Assembly: GCA_022756575.1 (NCBI GenBank)
Contig: JALBSH010000002.1
Location: forward strand, 556-64,555
Source of the DNA: Lactobacillus mulieris
GTDB lineage: Bacteria > Bacillota > Bacilli > Lactobacillales > Lactobacillaceae
DNA length: 64,000 bases
Reading direction: 5' to 3'
Of this stretch, positions 30,351 to 39,608 are shown in pieces; position 1 is the first letter of the stretch; each line of letters opens with the position of its first letter. The notes beneath the pieces were generated by a model. The model ran no database searches and had not been told where the DNA came from. It saw only the letters and a program-made list of their open reading frames with translations. The position numbers and the translations under genes were made by a program.

Positions 30351-30689
30351 ATGTTAGTAAAATATAAAAAAGACTATGAAAAAATCGCAATGGGGTTGTT
30401 ATCCTATTTGCCTGATTTACGAAATTTAAAAAATTTACAAGAAGAAATGAGTTTGTATGATAATTCTGGTGAATTCTTCCTATATTTATTTAGAGATAAA
30501 GAGTCTGATTTAATCGGGATTGTGGGGATTCAATTATTAGAACATTTTGTTTTAATTAGATATTTGTCACTAGCACCGGGATTTAGAAATCACGAATATG
30601 AACAAGCAATAATTAGAGATTTACGTGAAGAATTTCCCAAGAAGCGATTAACAGCACTTCCAGATTATAGTTACTTATTTAAGGATTAA
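30351..30689 (+). CDS. ribT: RibT-like GNAT-fold protein
   Basis: MLVKYKKDYEKIAMGLLSY...SLAPGFR; located before scpA as in Bacillus. Confidence 0.75.
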   Translation: MLVKYKKDYEKIAMGLLSYLPDLRNLKNLQEEMSLYDNSGEFFLYLFRDKESDLIGIVGIQLLEHFVLIRYLSLAPGFRNHEYEQAIIRDLREEFPKKRLTALPDYSYLFKD

Positions 30690-30691
30690 CG

Positions 30692-31420
30692 ATGACAGAA
30701 AATTTAAAAGTTGAATTACCCAATTTTGAAGGGCCATTAGATTTATTATTACACTTAATCCGTTCTCAAGAGATTGATATTTATGATATTCCAATTGCTG
30801 AAATAACAAGACAATATCTTACGTATCTTGAAAAAATGAAAGAACTCAACTTGCAACTAGCTGGTGAGTACTTTGTTATGGCATCAACTTTATTGAGAAT
30901 TAAGTCACAATATTTATTGCCCAAAAATGATTTTGTTGAATTAGAGCAAGAACCAGATATCGATCCAAGACAAGAATTAGTTGAACAATTAGTTCAATAC
31001 TCTGTTTTTAAGAAAATATCTAAATATTTAAAACAGCGTAATGATAGTGTCCCTGTTACTGTAGCCAAAGAGCCTAGTGTAGGACAAGCTAAAAGCATAT
31101 CTCCATTACCATTAGGACAACTTAGTGAGAGTGAATTAGCTAATACCTTCTCCTTATTGATTCGGCGGTATAAATTGCGGACACCAGAATCAGCTACAGT
31201 AAAGATTAAATATTCTTCTGTAAGTGATATGACTAAAATGCTTGAAAATAAGTTCTCGCAAGTAACAAGGATTAGTTTTTTTTCATGTATTCAAAAAATT
31301 AAAACCTTAGATGATGTAATTTCACTCTTTTTGGCTATTTTAGAAATGAGTAAAAATAAAAAAATAAAAGTAAGTCAAGGTCGTGAATATGGCGATTTGA
31401 CACTAGAAAGAATTGATTAG
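30692..31420 (+). CDS. scpA: Segregation and condensation protein A
   Basis: FEGPLDLLLHLI...DIYDIPI and FLAILEM. Confidence 0.96.
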   Translation: MTENLKVELPNFEGPLDLLLHLIRSQEIDIYDIPIAEITRQYLTYLEKMKELNLQLAGEYFVMASTLLRIKSQYLLPKNDFVELEQEPDIDPRQELVEQLVQYSVFKKISKYLKQRNDSVPVTVAKEPSVGQAKSISPLPLGQLSESELANTFSLLIRRYKLRTPESATVKIKYSSVSDMTKMLENKFSQVTRISFFSCIQKIKTLDDVISLFLAILEMSKNKKIKVSQGREYGDLTLERID

Positions 31421-31423
31421 TAA

Positions 31424-32023
31424 ATGGCAACTAAGCTCGCTGAATTAGAAAGTTTATTATACTTAGCTGGTGATACAGGTGTTGAACAAGCTAACTTGTG
31501 TCAATTATTAGAAATTGAAGCTCCGGCTTTGCGTGAGTTAGCGAAGAAGTTAACTCAAAAACTATCTGAGGATGAAAATTCAGGTTTGCAAGTTAGTTTG
31601 ATTAAAGATACATATAAGATGACAACAAGTTATGATGTGGCTGATGTTGTTGAAAAATATTATCAAAAAGATCTTTCAAAGACCTTGAGCCAATCAGCTT
31701 TAGAAATTTTGGCAATTGTTGCATATCGTCAACCAATTACAAGAGTTGAAATCGATGAAATTCGAGGAGTTAATTCTGCTGGTGCAATTCAAACGTTAAT
31801 TTGGCGTGGGTTAGTTAAAACAAGCGGGAAAAAAGATGTTCCCGGTCATCCTAACTTATATGTAACGACAGATTATTTCTTGCAATATTTTGGATATGAG
31901 TCTTTAGCTGATTTGCCAGTGATTGAAGATTTTGAAAATGAAAGTATTGATGAAAAGGGACAAGTAGATCTCTTTAAGGCAAAAGATAGTAATAATCCTC
32001 AAAATAGACTAGGAGAAAGATAA
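31424..32023 (+). CDS. scpB: Segregation and condensation protein B
   Basis: [28 protein letters not shown]. Confidence 0.96.
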   Translation: MATKLAELESLLYLAGDTGVEQANLCQLLEIEAPALRELAKKLTQKLSEDENSGLQVSLIKDTYKMTTSYDVADVVEKYYQKDLSKTLSQSALEILAIVAYRQPITRVEIDEIRGVNSAGAIQTLIWRGLVKTSGKKDVPGHPNLYVTTDYFLQYFGYESLADLPVIEDFENESIDEKGQVDLFKAKDSNNPQNRLGER

Positions 32024-32736
32024 TGGCAGAACGTTTGCAAAAATTGATTGCTCAAGCAGGTATAGCTTCTCGTCGGAAAGCTGAAAAAATGATAACTGAA
32101 GGCAGAGTGGCAGTTAATGGGCGAATTGTAACTGAATTGGGAACTAAGGTTGAACCTAGTGCAAATATTGAAGTTGATGGCTTACCAATTCAAAAAGAAA
32201 GTAAACATACTTACCTTTTATATAAGCCAAGAGGAGTTATTTCTTCTGTAAAAGATGATAAAGGAAGAAAAACTGTTCTGGACTTTTTTGAAGAGAGTCC
32301 TTATCGTTTGTATCCAGTAGGGAGACTTGACTATGATACCTCTGGGTTACTACTTATTACTAATGATGGTGAATTGGCTAATAAACTAATGCACCCTCGC
32401 CACATGGTAGATAAAGTGTATGTTGCAAAAATTAAGGGCTTTTTAACCCCAGAAGAAATATATAGTTTAAAACATGGTGTAAGGATTGATGGTAAAAAGT
32501 CAGCACCTGCAAAGGTAAAAATCATTAGCACTAATCGAGAAAAGGGAACTTCAATTGTTCAATTAACAATTCATGAAGGACATTACCATCAAGTTAAAAG
32601 AATGTTTAAGGCAGTAGGTCATTTAGTTGATAAGTTATCACGTGAACGATATGCTTTTTTAACCTTAAAGTCACTTACTGCAGGTAAATATCGTGAATTA
32701 ACTCGTGAAGAAGTTGCTAAACTAAAAAGCATGTAG
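32023..32736 (+). CDS. rluB: 23S rRNA pseudouridine synthase (RluB family)
   Basis: S4 domain ERLQK...SRRKAE and GRLDYDTSGLL. Confidence 0.92.
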   Translation: MAERLQKLIAQAGIASRRKAEKMITEGRVAVNGRIVTELGTKVEPSANIEVDGLPIQKESKHTYLLYKPRGVISSVKDDKGRKTVLDFFEESPYRLYPVGRLDYDTSGLLLITNDGELANKLMHPRHMVDKVYVAKIKGFLTPEEIYSLKHGVRIDGKKSAPAKVKIISTNREKGTSIVQLTIHEGHYHQVKRMFKAVGHLVDKLSRERYAFLTLKSLTAGKYRELTREEVAKLKSM

Positions 32737-32762
32737 TATACTGAAGCTGAATTTAATAGGAA

Positions 32763-32872
32763 AGCGTCTTCAAGGCAGGGTGAAAATCCCGACCGGCTGT
32801 TTGAGTCAGCAACCCACTTATGTGGCTGAACCCTAAGGTACCGATAGTATAGTCTAGATGGAAGAAGACAGG
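32763..32872 (+). ncRNA. FMN riboswitch (RFN element), atypical
   Basis: GTCTTC/GAAGAC P1, GGCAGGGTGAAAATCCCGACCGG and ACCGATAGTATAGTCTAGATGGAAGAAG. Upstream of ribU. Confidence 0.88.
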
Positions 32873-32903
32873 CTGATAAAGGAAAATTACATAATACTTT
32901 CTC

Positions 32904-32939
32904 AAAGGTCTGCCTCTTGGAGCGCAGACCCTTTTGTTT
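32904..32939 (+). terminator. Riboswitch expression-platform terminator
   Basis: GGTCTGC...GCAGACC followed by CTTTTGTTT, just before the ribU RBS. Confidence 0.75.
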
Positions 32940-32952
32940 GTAGGAAATATTT

Positions 32953-33525
32953 ATGACTAAGACAAGATCAAATCTAGCTAAGACTTTAGCAGCAGTAATG
33001 ATTGGTGTAATTGCTTTTGTAGTAATGAAGATTGAATTCCCAATTATTCCGATTTTCCCATTTTTAAAAATGGATTTTTCAGATGTCATTATTTTAATTG
33101 GTAGCTTTTTATTCGGACCAGTGTCTGGAATTGGAATGGCTTTTATTAAGTGCTTCTTGAGTTTAGCTTTATCAGGATTTAATATTCTGTCTTTAGTTGG
33201 CCAAATAGCAGCATTTTTGGCAAGTATTTGCTATATTGTGCCTTTATATGTGGTTAGCAAGAAAAATGAAGATAAATTCATTATGCAAATAGCCGCAGTA
33301 GTAGTTGGTACAATTTGCTTAACCCTTGCGATGAGCTTAGCAAATATTTGGCTTTTAATGCCAATGTATGCTAAGTTTGCTAATTTCTCATTCCCAGCAA
33401 CTTACATTCTTTATGGAGTTGTTCCATTTAATGTGATAAAGGGAGTAATTAACGGAATTTTAGCAGTTATGGTGATTAAATTTGTTTTACCACAACTAGA
33501 GAATTTTGCTTCAAAGAGATTTTAA
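32953..33525 (+). CDS. ribU: ECF transporter S component, riboflavin
   Basis: Motifs FLKMDFSD, GP..G and VPFNVIKG; downstream of the FMN riboswitch. Confidence 0.9.
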   Translation: MTKTRSNLAKTLAAVMIGVIAFVVMKIEFPIIPIFPFLKMDFSDVIILIGSFLFGPVSGIGMAFIKCFLSLALSGFNILSLVGQIAAFLASICYIVPLYVVSKKNEDKFIMQIAAVVVGTICLTLAMSLANIWLLMPMYAKFANFSFPATYILYGVVPFNVIKGVINGILAVMVIKFVLPQLENFASKRF

Positions 33526-33542
33526 TTTGACTAATATTAGAT

Positions 33543-33564
33543 AAGCCCTAAGAGGGGCTTTTTT
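33543..33564 (+). terminator. ribU terminator
   Basis: AAGCCC-taagag-GGGCTT followed by a T-run. Confidence 0.8.
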
Positions 33565-33618
33565 CTTTATCCTTAAATATGCTAAAATAACAGTGATTAT
33601 GTTGGGAGAGTGTTTATC

Positions 33619-34119
33619 GTGAATAATAATTCATCAAATAACGGCCCTTACAAGCATTTTAAGCGGCCTGAACAAGGACGAGTTCAACAATCTAAGCCTA
33701 AAAAGGCTCATCATTTTGTTAAATGGGTAATTGGTTTAGTAATTGTTGTATTGGTTGGTGTCCCAGTTTACTTGACATTTAATCATAAATCTTCAAGTTC
33801 AGATGTGACTACACCGACTAGAGTTAAAACTTCAGCTTCAAGTTCTGCAAGTTCTAAGAGTAAAAAAATTAAAATTGTAAAAGAATCCTCAAGTTCTAGC
33901 TCAGCTTCAAGCGAATCATCATCTAGTTCTCAAGCCGCTTCTTCAAGTTCAGTTGCTAGTTCATCAAGTTCAGAGTTGCGGACATATGTAGTTCAAGATG
34001 GAGATAGCTTATCATCTATTGCTGCAGCTCATGGGATGTCTGTTGATACATTAGCTCGGTTGAATAATATTACTGATGCAACAAGTATTAGAGCTGGGGA
34101 AACACTCAAACTTAATTAA
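33619..34119 (+). CDS. Membrane-anchored LysM domain protein with Ser-rich linker
   Basis: TM helix, poly-Ser linker and C-terminal YVVQDGDSLSSIA...LN. GTG 33619 is better spaced from GGGAG than 33610. Confidence 0.9.
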   Translation: MNNNSSNNGPYKHFKRPEQGRVQQSKPKKAHHFVKWVIGLVIVVLVGVPVYLTFNHKSSSSDVTTPTRVKTSASSSASSKSKKIKIVKESSSSSSASSESSSSSQAASSSSVASSSSSELRTYVVQDGDSLSSIAAAHGMSVDTLARLNNITDATSIRAGETLKLN

Positions 34120-34164
34120 AATCACAGGAAAGGATAAAGAGACCGTGGTCTCTTTTTTATTGAA

Positions 34165-34830
34165 ATGCAAGTAGCTATTGATGGTCCAGCTTCTGCTGGA
34201 AAAAGTACAGTTGCCAAGATTATTGCTAAAAAGTTAGGTTTTATTTATATTGATACTGGTGCGATGTATCGCGCATGTACTTTTATTGCAAGAAAAGAAA
34301 ATATTGATTATGGCGATGAAGCTCATATTTTAACAGCAATTAGTCAAAATAAAATTGAGTTTAAGTCAGAAAATGGTGAACAAAGAGTTTACGTTGCTGG
34401 GGAAGATGTTTCTCTTGCTATTAGAACGCCAGAAATCACTGCTAATGTTTCGCAAGTAAGTGCATTAAAAGGTGTACGCGAAAAAATGGTTGAATTACAA
34501 CGAGAAATGGCTGGTTCAACTAATGTTATTATGGATGGCCGTGATATTGGTACAACGGTTTTGCCTGATGCTGAATTAAAAATCTTTTTAGTTGCAAGTG
34601 TTCATTCACGAGCTAAGAGAAGATTGCTTGATTATGCTGAAAAGGGAATTCATGAAGATTTAGCTAAAATTGAACATGATATTGCCGAGCGTGATTATAA
34701 AGATTCGCATCGTGCAATTTCTCCATTAAAAAAGGCAGATGATGCGGTTGAAGTTGATACAACAAATATGTCAATTGATGAAGTAGTTAGTGACATTTTG
34801 GCAAAAATTAAGGCAAAAATGGCAAAATAA
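34165..34830 (+). CDS. cmk: Cytidylate kinase
   Basis: Motifs AIDGPASAGKST, DTGAMYR and MDGRDIGT. Confidence 0.98.
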   Translation: MQVAIDGPASAGKSTVAKIIAKKLGFIYIDTGAMYRACTFIARKENIDYGDEAHILTAISQNKIEFKSENGEQRVYVAGEDVSLAIRTPEITANVSQVSALKGVREKMVELQREMAGSTNVIMDGRDIGTTVLPDAELKIFLVASVHSRAKRRLLDYAEKGIHEDLAKIEHDIAERDYKDSHRAISPLKKADDAVEVDTTNMSIDEVVSDILAKIKAKMAK

Positions 34831-34924
34831 CAAAAAATCAAGAGAAATTTTGAAAAAAAAGCTCGAAAAGGTGGAAAAATATCATGCTTTCATTTAAAAT
34901 TAAACATGATATTGGGAGGTATTT

Positions 34925-36133
34925 ATGTCAGATAACAGTAATCAATTTTTAGATGCTTTAAAGGAAATGCAAGGTGTTGAAGTTGGCAACATTGTAGACG
35001 TTGAAGTTTTAAGTGTTGAAGACGGACAAATTGCAGTTGGTGTTCAAAATGCAGGTGTTGAAGGTGTCATCACTCGTCGTGAATTCACACAAGATCGTAA
35101 TGCAGATCTCCACGACTTAGTTAAGCCTGGTGATACTTTCAAGGCTTTGGTATTGAGAAGAGCCGGTGGCGATAAGGAAAACGGCGAATTCTTCTTCTCA
35201 GTAACTCGCTTGAAGGAAAGAGAAGCATTTGATAAGCTTCAAAAGGACTACGAAGCAGGTAACGCTATTGAAGGTACTGTAACTAGTTCAGTACGTGGTG
35301 GTTTAATTGTTAACGTTGGTACTAGAGGTTTCTTGCCAGCATCATTAATTTCTAACCACTTTGTTTCAGACCTTAAGCCATACATTGGTAAGACTATTAA
35401 GGTTAAGATTACCGAAATTGATCCTAACAAGAACCGCTTAATCCTTTCACACAAGGAATTAATCGAAGAAGAACGTGAAGAAGCATTTGAAACTGTAGCT
35501 TCACAACTTGTTGCTGGTGATATTGTTGAAGGTAAAGTTTCTCGTTTAACTAACTTTGGTGCCTTTGTAGATGTTGGTGGTGTTGACGGCTTAGTTCACA
35601 TCTCTGAAATCTCATACAAGCATATTGACAAGCCTAGTGATGTATTGAAGACTGGTCAAGATGTTAAGGTTAAAGTTATCGGTATCGATGACGACAGACA
35701 CCGCATCTCCCTTTCAATTAAGCAAACTGAACCATCACCATTTGAACAAGCAACTTCAGAATTAAGTGAAGGCGAAGTAGTTGAAGGTGAAGTTAAGTCA
35801 TTGACTTCATTTGGTGCCTTTGTTGAAGTAGCAGATGGTATTCAAGGTTTAGTACACGTTTCTGAAATTTCAAACAAGCGTGTTGAAAAGCCTAGCGATG
35901 TTTTGAAGGTTGGCGAAACTGTTAAGGTTAAGGTTTTGAGCATTAACCCAGATGAAAAGAGAATTTCTCTTTCAATTAAGCAAGCACAACCAGCAGCTGA
36001 AGGCGAAGGAAACAACGCTCGTCGTAGCGCATCACGTAACGATTCTGTAGCTAAGAAGTACATGAGCGATAACAACGACAACGGCTTTGCACTTGGCGAC
36101 ATCATTGGTGACCAATTGAAAGACCGTCAATAA
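34925..36133 (+). CDS. rpsA: 30S ribosomal protein S1
   Basis: Four S1 repeats (FGAFV...GLVH.SEIS). Confidence 0.97.
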   Translation: MSDNSNQFLDALKEMQGVEVGNIVDVEVLSVEDGQIAVGVQNAGVEGVITRREFTQDRNADLHDLVKPGDTFKALVLRRAGGDKENGEFFFSVTRLKEREAFDKLQKDYEAGNAIEGTVTSSVRGGLIVNVGTRGFLPASLISNHFVSDLKPYIGKTIKVKITEIDPNKNRLILSHKELIEEEREEAFETVASQLVAGDIVEGKVSRLTNFGAFVDVGGVDGLVHISEISYKHIDKPSDVLKTGQDVKVKVIGIDDDRHRISLSIKQTEPSPFEQATSELSEGEVVEGEVKSLTSFGAFVEVADGIQGLVHVSEISNKRVEKPSDVLKVGETVKVKVLSINPDEKRISLSIKQAQPAAEGEGNNARRSASRNDSVAKKYMSDNNDNGFALGDIIGDQLKDRQ

Positions 36134-36142
36134 TGATGATTT

Positions 36143-36169
36143 AAAAGCCGACGATAGTCGGCTTTTTTT
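36143..36169 (+). terminator. rpsA terminator
   Basis: AAAAGCCGAC-gata-GTCGGCTTTTTTT. Confidence 0.9.
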
Positions 36170-36211
36170 GTTGGATTTTAAATTTAATCAAATAAAGAAA
36201 GGATGATAATA

Positions 36212-37522
36212 ATGGCTCTACCAACTGTTGCAATTGTTGGTCAACCTAATGTTGGAAAATCAACTTTATTTAATCGAATTATTAATGAGCGTTTAGCTAT
36301 TGTTGAAGACCGACCAGGAGTAACGCGTGACCGTAATTATGCCAAAGCCTCTTGGCTAGGCCATGAATTTAATATCATCGATACTGGTGGTATTACTTGG
36401 GAAGGTGGACGAATTGAAGATGAAATTCGCGCTCAAGCTGATATTGCTATGGAAGAAGCGGATGTAATTGTAATGATTACAAGCGTTGCCTTGCATTTGA
36501 CTGATTTGGATGAGAGAATTGCTAGAATTCTCTATCGCTCAAGTAAACCAGTTATTTTGGCTGTTAATAAGGCAGATAATCCAGAACAACGTGCAGATAT
36601 TTATGATTTTTATAGTTTAGGACTAGGAGATCCAATTCCAATTTCATCAACTCATGGTACAGGAATTGGGGACTTGCTTGACGCTGTTGTTGAGAATTTT
36701 CCACCTGAAGCTGATACTAAGGATGAAGATGAAATTGCCTTTAGTGTGATTGGGCGTCCAAATGTTGGTAAATCATCAATTATCAATGCCATGTTGGGTC
36801 AAAAACGAGTTATTGTTGCTAATGAAGAAGGTACAACTAGGGATGCTGTTGATACACCATTTGTAGCCGAAGATGGCACGAAGTTTAGAATGATTGATAC
36901 CGCAGGTATTAGACGTCGCGGAAAAGTTTACGAAAAGACAGAAAAATATTCTGTTTTACGTGCTCAGGCTGCAATTCAACGCTCTGATGTAGTTTGCCTA
37001 GTTTTAGATGCAAGTACTGGCATTCGTGAACAAGATAAGCATGTGGCTGGATTTGCGCATGATGCAGGCCGTGGAATGATTATTGTTGTCAACAAGTGGG
37101 ATTTACCTAAAAAAGATTCTAATTCCGCTAAAGACTTCACTAGAGTCATTCGTGAAGAATTTCAATATCTTGACTATGCCCCTATTATTTTTGTATCTGC
37201 AAAAACTGGCAAAAATTTGGATCAACTACCAGATTTAATTAAAGAAGTTGCTGAAAACCAAAGTCAAAGAATTCAATCTAGTGTCTTGAATGACATGTTA
37301 ATTGAAGCATCTAAGCTTGTACCATCACCTTTAATTAAGGGAAAACGTTTAAGGGTTTACTACATGACTCAAGTAGCTGTTCAACCACCAACTTTTGTTG
37401 TCTTTGTAAACGACCCTGAATTGATGCACTTTTCATATAAACGGTTCTTGATTAATCAACTTCGTGACAATTTTGATTTTACTGGTACTCCGATAAAAAT
37501 CTTGCCACGTAAGCGAAAATAA
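36212..37522 (+). CDS. der: Ribosome biogenesis GTPase Der
   Basis: Two G domains ([18 protein letters not shown]) and a KH-like tail. Confidence 0.98.
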   Translation: MALPTVAIVGQPNVGKSTLFNRIINERLAIVEDRPGVTRDRNYAKASWLGHEFNIIDTGGITWEGGRIEDEIRAQADIAMEEADVIVMITSVALHLTDLDERIARILYRSSKPVILAVNKADNPEQRADIYDFYSLGLGDPIPISSTHGTGIGDLLDAVVENFPPEADTKDEDEIAFSVIGRPNVGKSSIINAMLGQKRVIVANEEGTTRDAVDTPFVAEDGTKFRMIDTAGIRRRGKVYEKTEKYSVLRAQAAIQRSDVVCLVLDASTGIREQDKHVAGFAHDAGRGMIIVVNKWDLPKKDSNSAKDFTRVIREEFQYLDYAPIIFVSAKTGKNLDQLPDLIKEVAENQSQRIQSSVLNDMLIEASKLVPSPLIKGKRLRVYYMTQVAVQPPTFVVFVNDPELMHFSYKRFLINQLRDNFDFTGTPIKILPRKRK

Positions 37523-37740
37523 AGGAATTAAAAGAAGTTTTTAATAATAAACTAAGAAAATATATATTTGTATCTAGCAAAGAAAGATTTATTATTTATT
37601 TTTTGAAAAAACCTTGTTATGACGGGCTTATTGTGCTATTTTTAGAATCAGGAAACAATGATTGGTCATGATCATTCTTCCTTATTCTTTTTTAAAGAAT
37701 AAGTCTGAACTCATAGGTTCAAACTCAGGAGGTGAATACA

Positions 37741-38016
37741 ATGGCAAACAAAGCAGAATTAGTAGCAGAAGTTGCAGCTAAGACTAAGCTTACCAAGAAG
37801 GATGTTGCTGCAGCAGTTGACGCAATTTTTGCATCAATCCAAGATGATCTTGCTAAGGGTGAAAAGGTTCAATTGATCGGCTTTGGTACTTTTGAAGTAC
37901 GTAACCGTGCCGCTCGTAAGGGTCGTAACCCACAAACTGGTGTTGAAATCGAAATTCCAGCAAGCAAGGTTCCAGCATTCAAGCCTGGTAAGGCTCTTAA
38001 GGATGCTGTTAAGTAA
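37741..38016 (+). CDS. hup: DNA-binding protein HU
   Basis: MANKAELV...[29 protein letters not shown]. Confidence 0.98.
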   Translation: MANKAELVAEVAAKTKLTKKDVAAAVDAIFASIQDDLAKGEKVQLIGFGTFEVRNRAARKGRNPQTGVEIEIPASKVPAFKPGKALKDAVK

Positions 38017-38032
38017 TTTTTACTTAACTTTT

Positions 38033-38062
38033 AAAAGGTCTAGGTTTTCCTAGGCTTTTTTT
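38033..38062 (+). terminator. hup terminator
   Basis: AAAAGGTCTAGG-tttt-CCTAGGCTTTTT. Confidence 0.85.
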
Positions 38063-38129
38063 ATTTCTTAAATGACTTGAAGCTGTTAAGATAGAAAGAG
38101 CGAATTTACCTAGAAAGAAGGATCAATTG

Positions 38130-39380
38130 ATGTCATATTCTGAGCAACTGCTTGATGCAATTGAAAAACATGATTTTTCTCAAAATAATATTCTTTTAAA
38201 GAAGGCACTTGATTCTGACAGTAGTGAGCTTCTCGCAGCTTTGGCAGAGAACTTAACAGATATGGGCTTTAGTGATATGGCAAAAGATGTTTATCGTTCA
38301 CTGATTGCTAAGAATCCCGAAGAGGACTTGTTTAAAGTTTATCTAGCCGAAATCTTATTGAATGATGGTCAAGATGACGATGCTTTAAGCTTGCTTTATA
38401 GCATAGACGAAAATAGTGATAGCTACCTTGAAATCTTGTTAGTACAAGCCGATTATTACCAATCATTAGGTCTTTTTGAAACTGCGCAAGCAAAATTACA
38501 AGAAGCACATGAATTAGCTCCTAAAGAAGATGCAATTATTTTTGGTTTGGCTGAATTAGCATATTCAACTGGAAAAAATGAACTGGCATTGCATTATTAT
38601 CAAGATTTAGCTACTAGACAAAAACATTTTGGTGAGATTAATTTGCGTGAGCGGATTTTTGCTAGTTTAGCTAAATTAGGTCGCTATGAAGAAGCCAGTG
38701 AAATAATCAAACAATATGGACAGGACTTTATTGATATTGATACCAGATACGAAGCAGGCTTAGTTCTGTTAAGTACAAAAGATTATAAAAAGGCAATTGA
38801 ATATTTAACTGGTGTATTAGAGCAGGCAAGTGATTATGTAAATGCCTATCCATTGCTTGCACAGGCTTATGAAGCAAATGGTGATAATGAAAAGGCGCTA
38901 GAGACGGCTCAGACAGGTTTAACATACAATGAATATGATGAGACCCTTTACGCTTTAATTGGCCGTGTAGCTGCTAACTGTGCTAAATATGACCTAGCTG
39001 TTGATATGCTAAAGAAAGGTCTATCATTTGCCCCCGATAATATGGATTTACGTGTACAATTATCGAATTTATATCTCTATTTGAAAAAAGACGAGGAAAA
39101 CTTACAGTTATTCCGAGAAGTTGATGAAGAAAATCTTGAACCGCAAGCAAGATGGAATATTGCAGTTTCGTTGTATCGTTTAGAAAAATATCAAGAATCA
39201 CGCAAAGAATTCTTACTTGCCTATCCAAACTTGCAAAATAATGCTGATTTTTTGAAGGACATGATTCGGCTCTTTAATATCGATGGAGAAAGAGTGGCAT
39301 TGAAAGATTTACTTCAAAAGTATTTGGAGTTAATTCCAGATGATGAGGAAATGCTCGACTTATATGATGAATTAGTATAA
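38130..39380 (+). CDS. Tetratricopeptide repeat protein (YpiA-like)
   Basis: Repeated helical TPR-like segments; conserved position after hup. Confidence 0.85.
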   Translation: MSYSEQLLDAIEKHDFSQNNILLKKALDSDSSELLAALAENLTDMGFSDMAKDVYRSLIAKNPEEDLFKVYLAEILLNDGQDDDALSLLYSIDENSDSYLEILLVQADYYQSLGLFETAQAKLQEAHELAPKEDAIIFGLAELAYSTGKNELALHYYQDLATRQKHFGEINLRERIFASLAKLGRYEEASEIIKQYGQDFIDIDTRYEAGLVLLSTKDYKKAIEYLTGVLEQASDYVNAYPLLAQAYEANGDNEKALETAQTGLTYNEYDETLYALIGRVAANCAKYDLAVDMLKKGLSFAPDNMDLRVQLSNLYLYLKKDEENLQLFREVDEENLEPQARWNIAVSLYRLEKYQESRKEFLLAYPNLQNNADFLKDMIRLFNIDGERVALKDLLQKYLELIPDDEEMLDLYDELV

Positions 39381-39385
39381 CCAAT

Positions 39386-39420
39386 AAAAAGAACCATATA
39401 GAAAATATATGGTTCTTTTT
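39386..39420 (+). terminator. Terminator
   Basis: AAAAAGAACCATATA-gaaaa-TATATGGTTCTTTTT. Confidence 0.88.
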
Positions 39421-39487
39421 ATGCGCTTTTTTAAGATAAAAATATAATTATATTTCATGTGTAAATGAGTTGTATATAGCACTAAAG

Positions 39488-39522
39488 TGGTAAAATAGTA
39501 ATGTACGTTGTAAACGTTATTA
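39488..39522 (+). promoter_or_regulatory. Extended -10 promoter and cre-like site of adhesin 1
   Basis: TGgTAAAAT (39488-39496), then TGTAAACGTTATTA (39509-39522; 13/14 cre match). Confidence 0.55.
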
Positions 39523-39608
39523 TTATATAAATTAATATTAAACAAATACAATCTACAACAAATATATCTATTGTAATAAAGGGAATATTCCCGTGGGAGG
39601 TTATTATA

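Noticed and set aside
32619..33089. 156-aa minus-strand ORF
   Set aside because: Antisense to rluB, the riboswitch and ribU, with no protein-like features.
33790..33975. TCAAGTTC-like short repeats as a DNA repeat array
   Set aside because: They encode the Ser-rich linker of the LysM protein.
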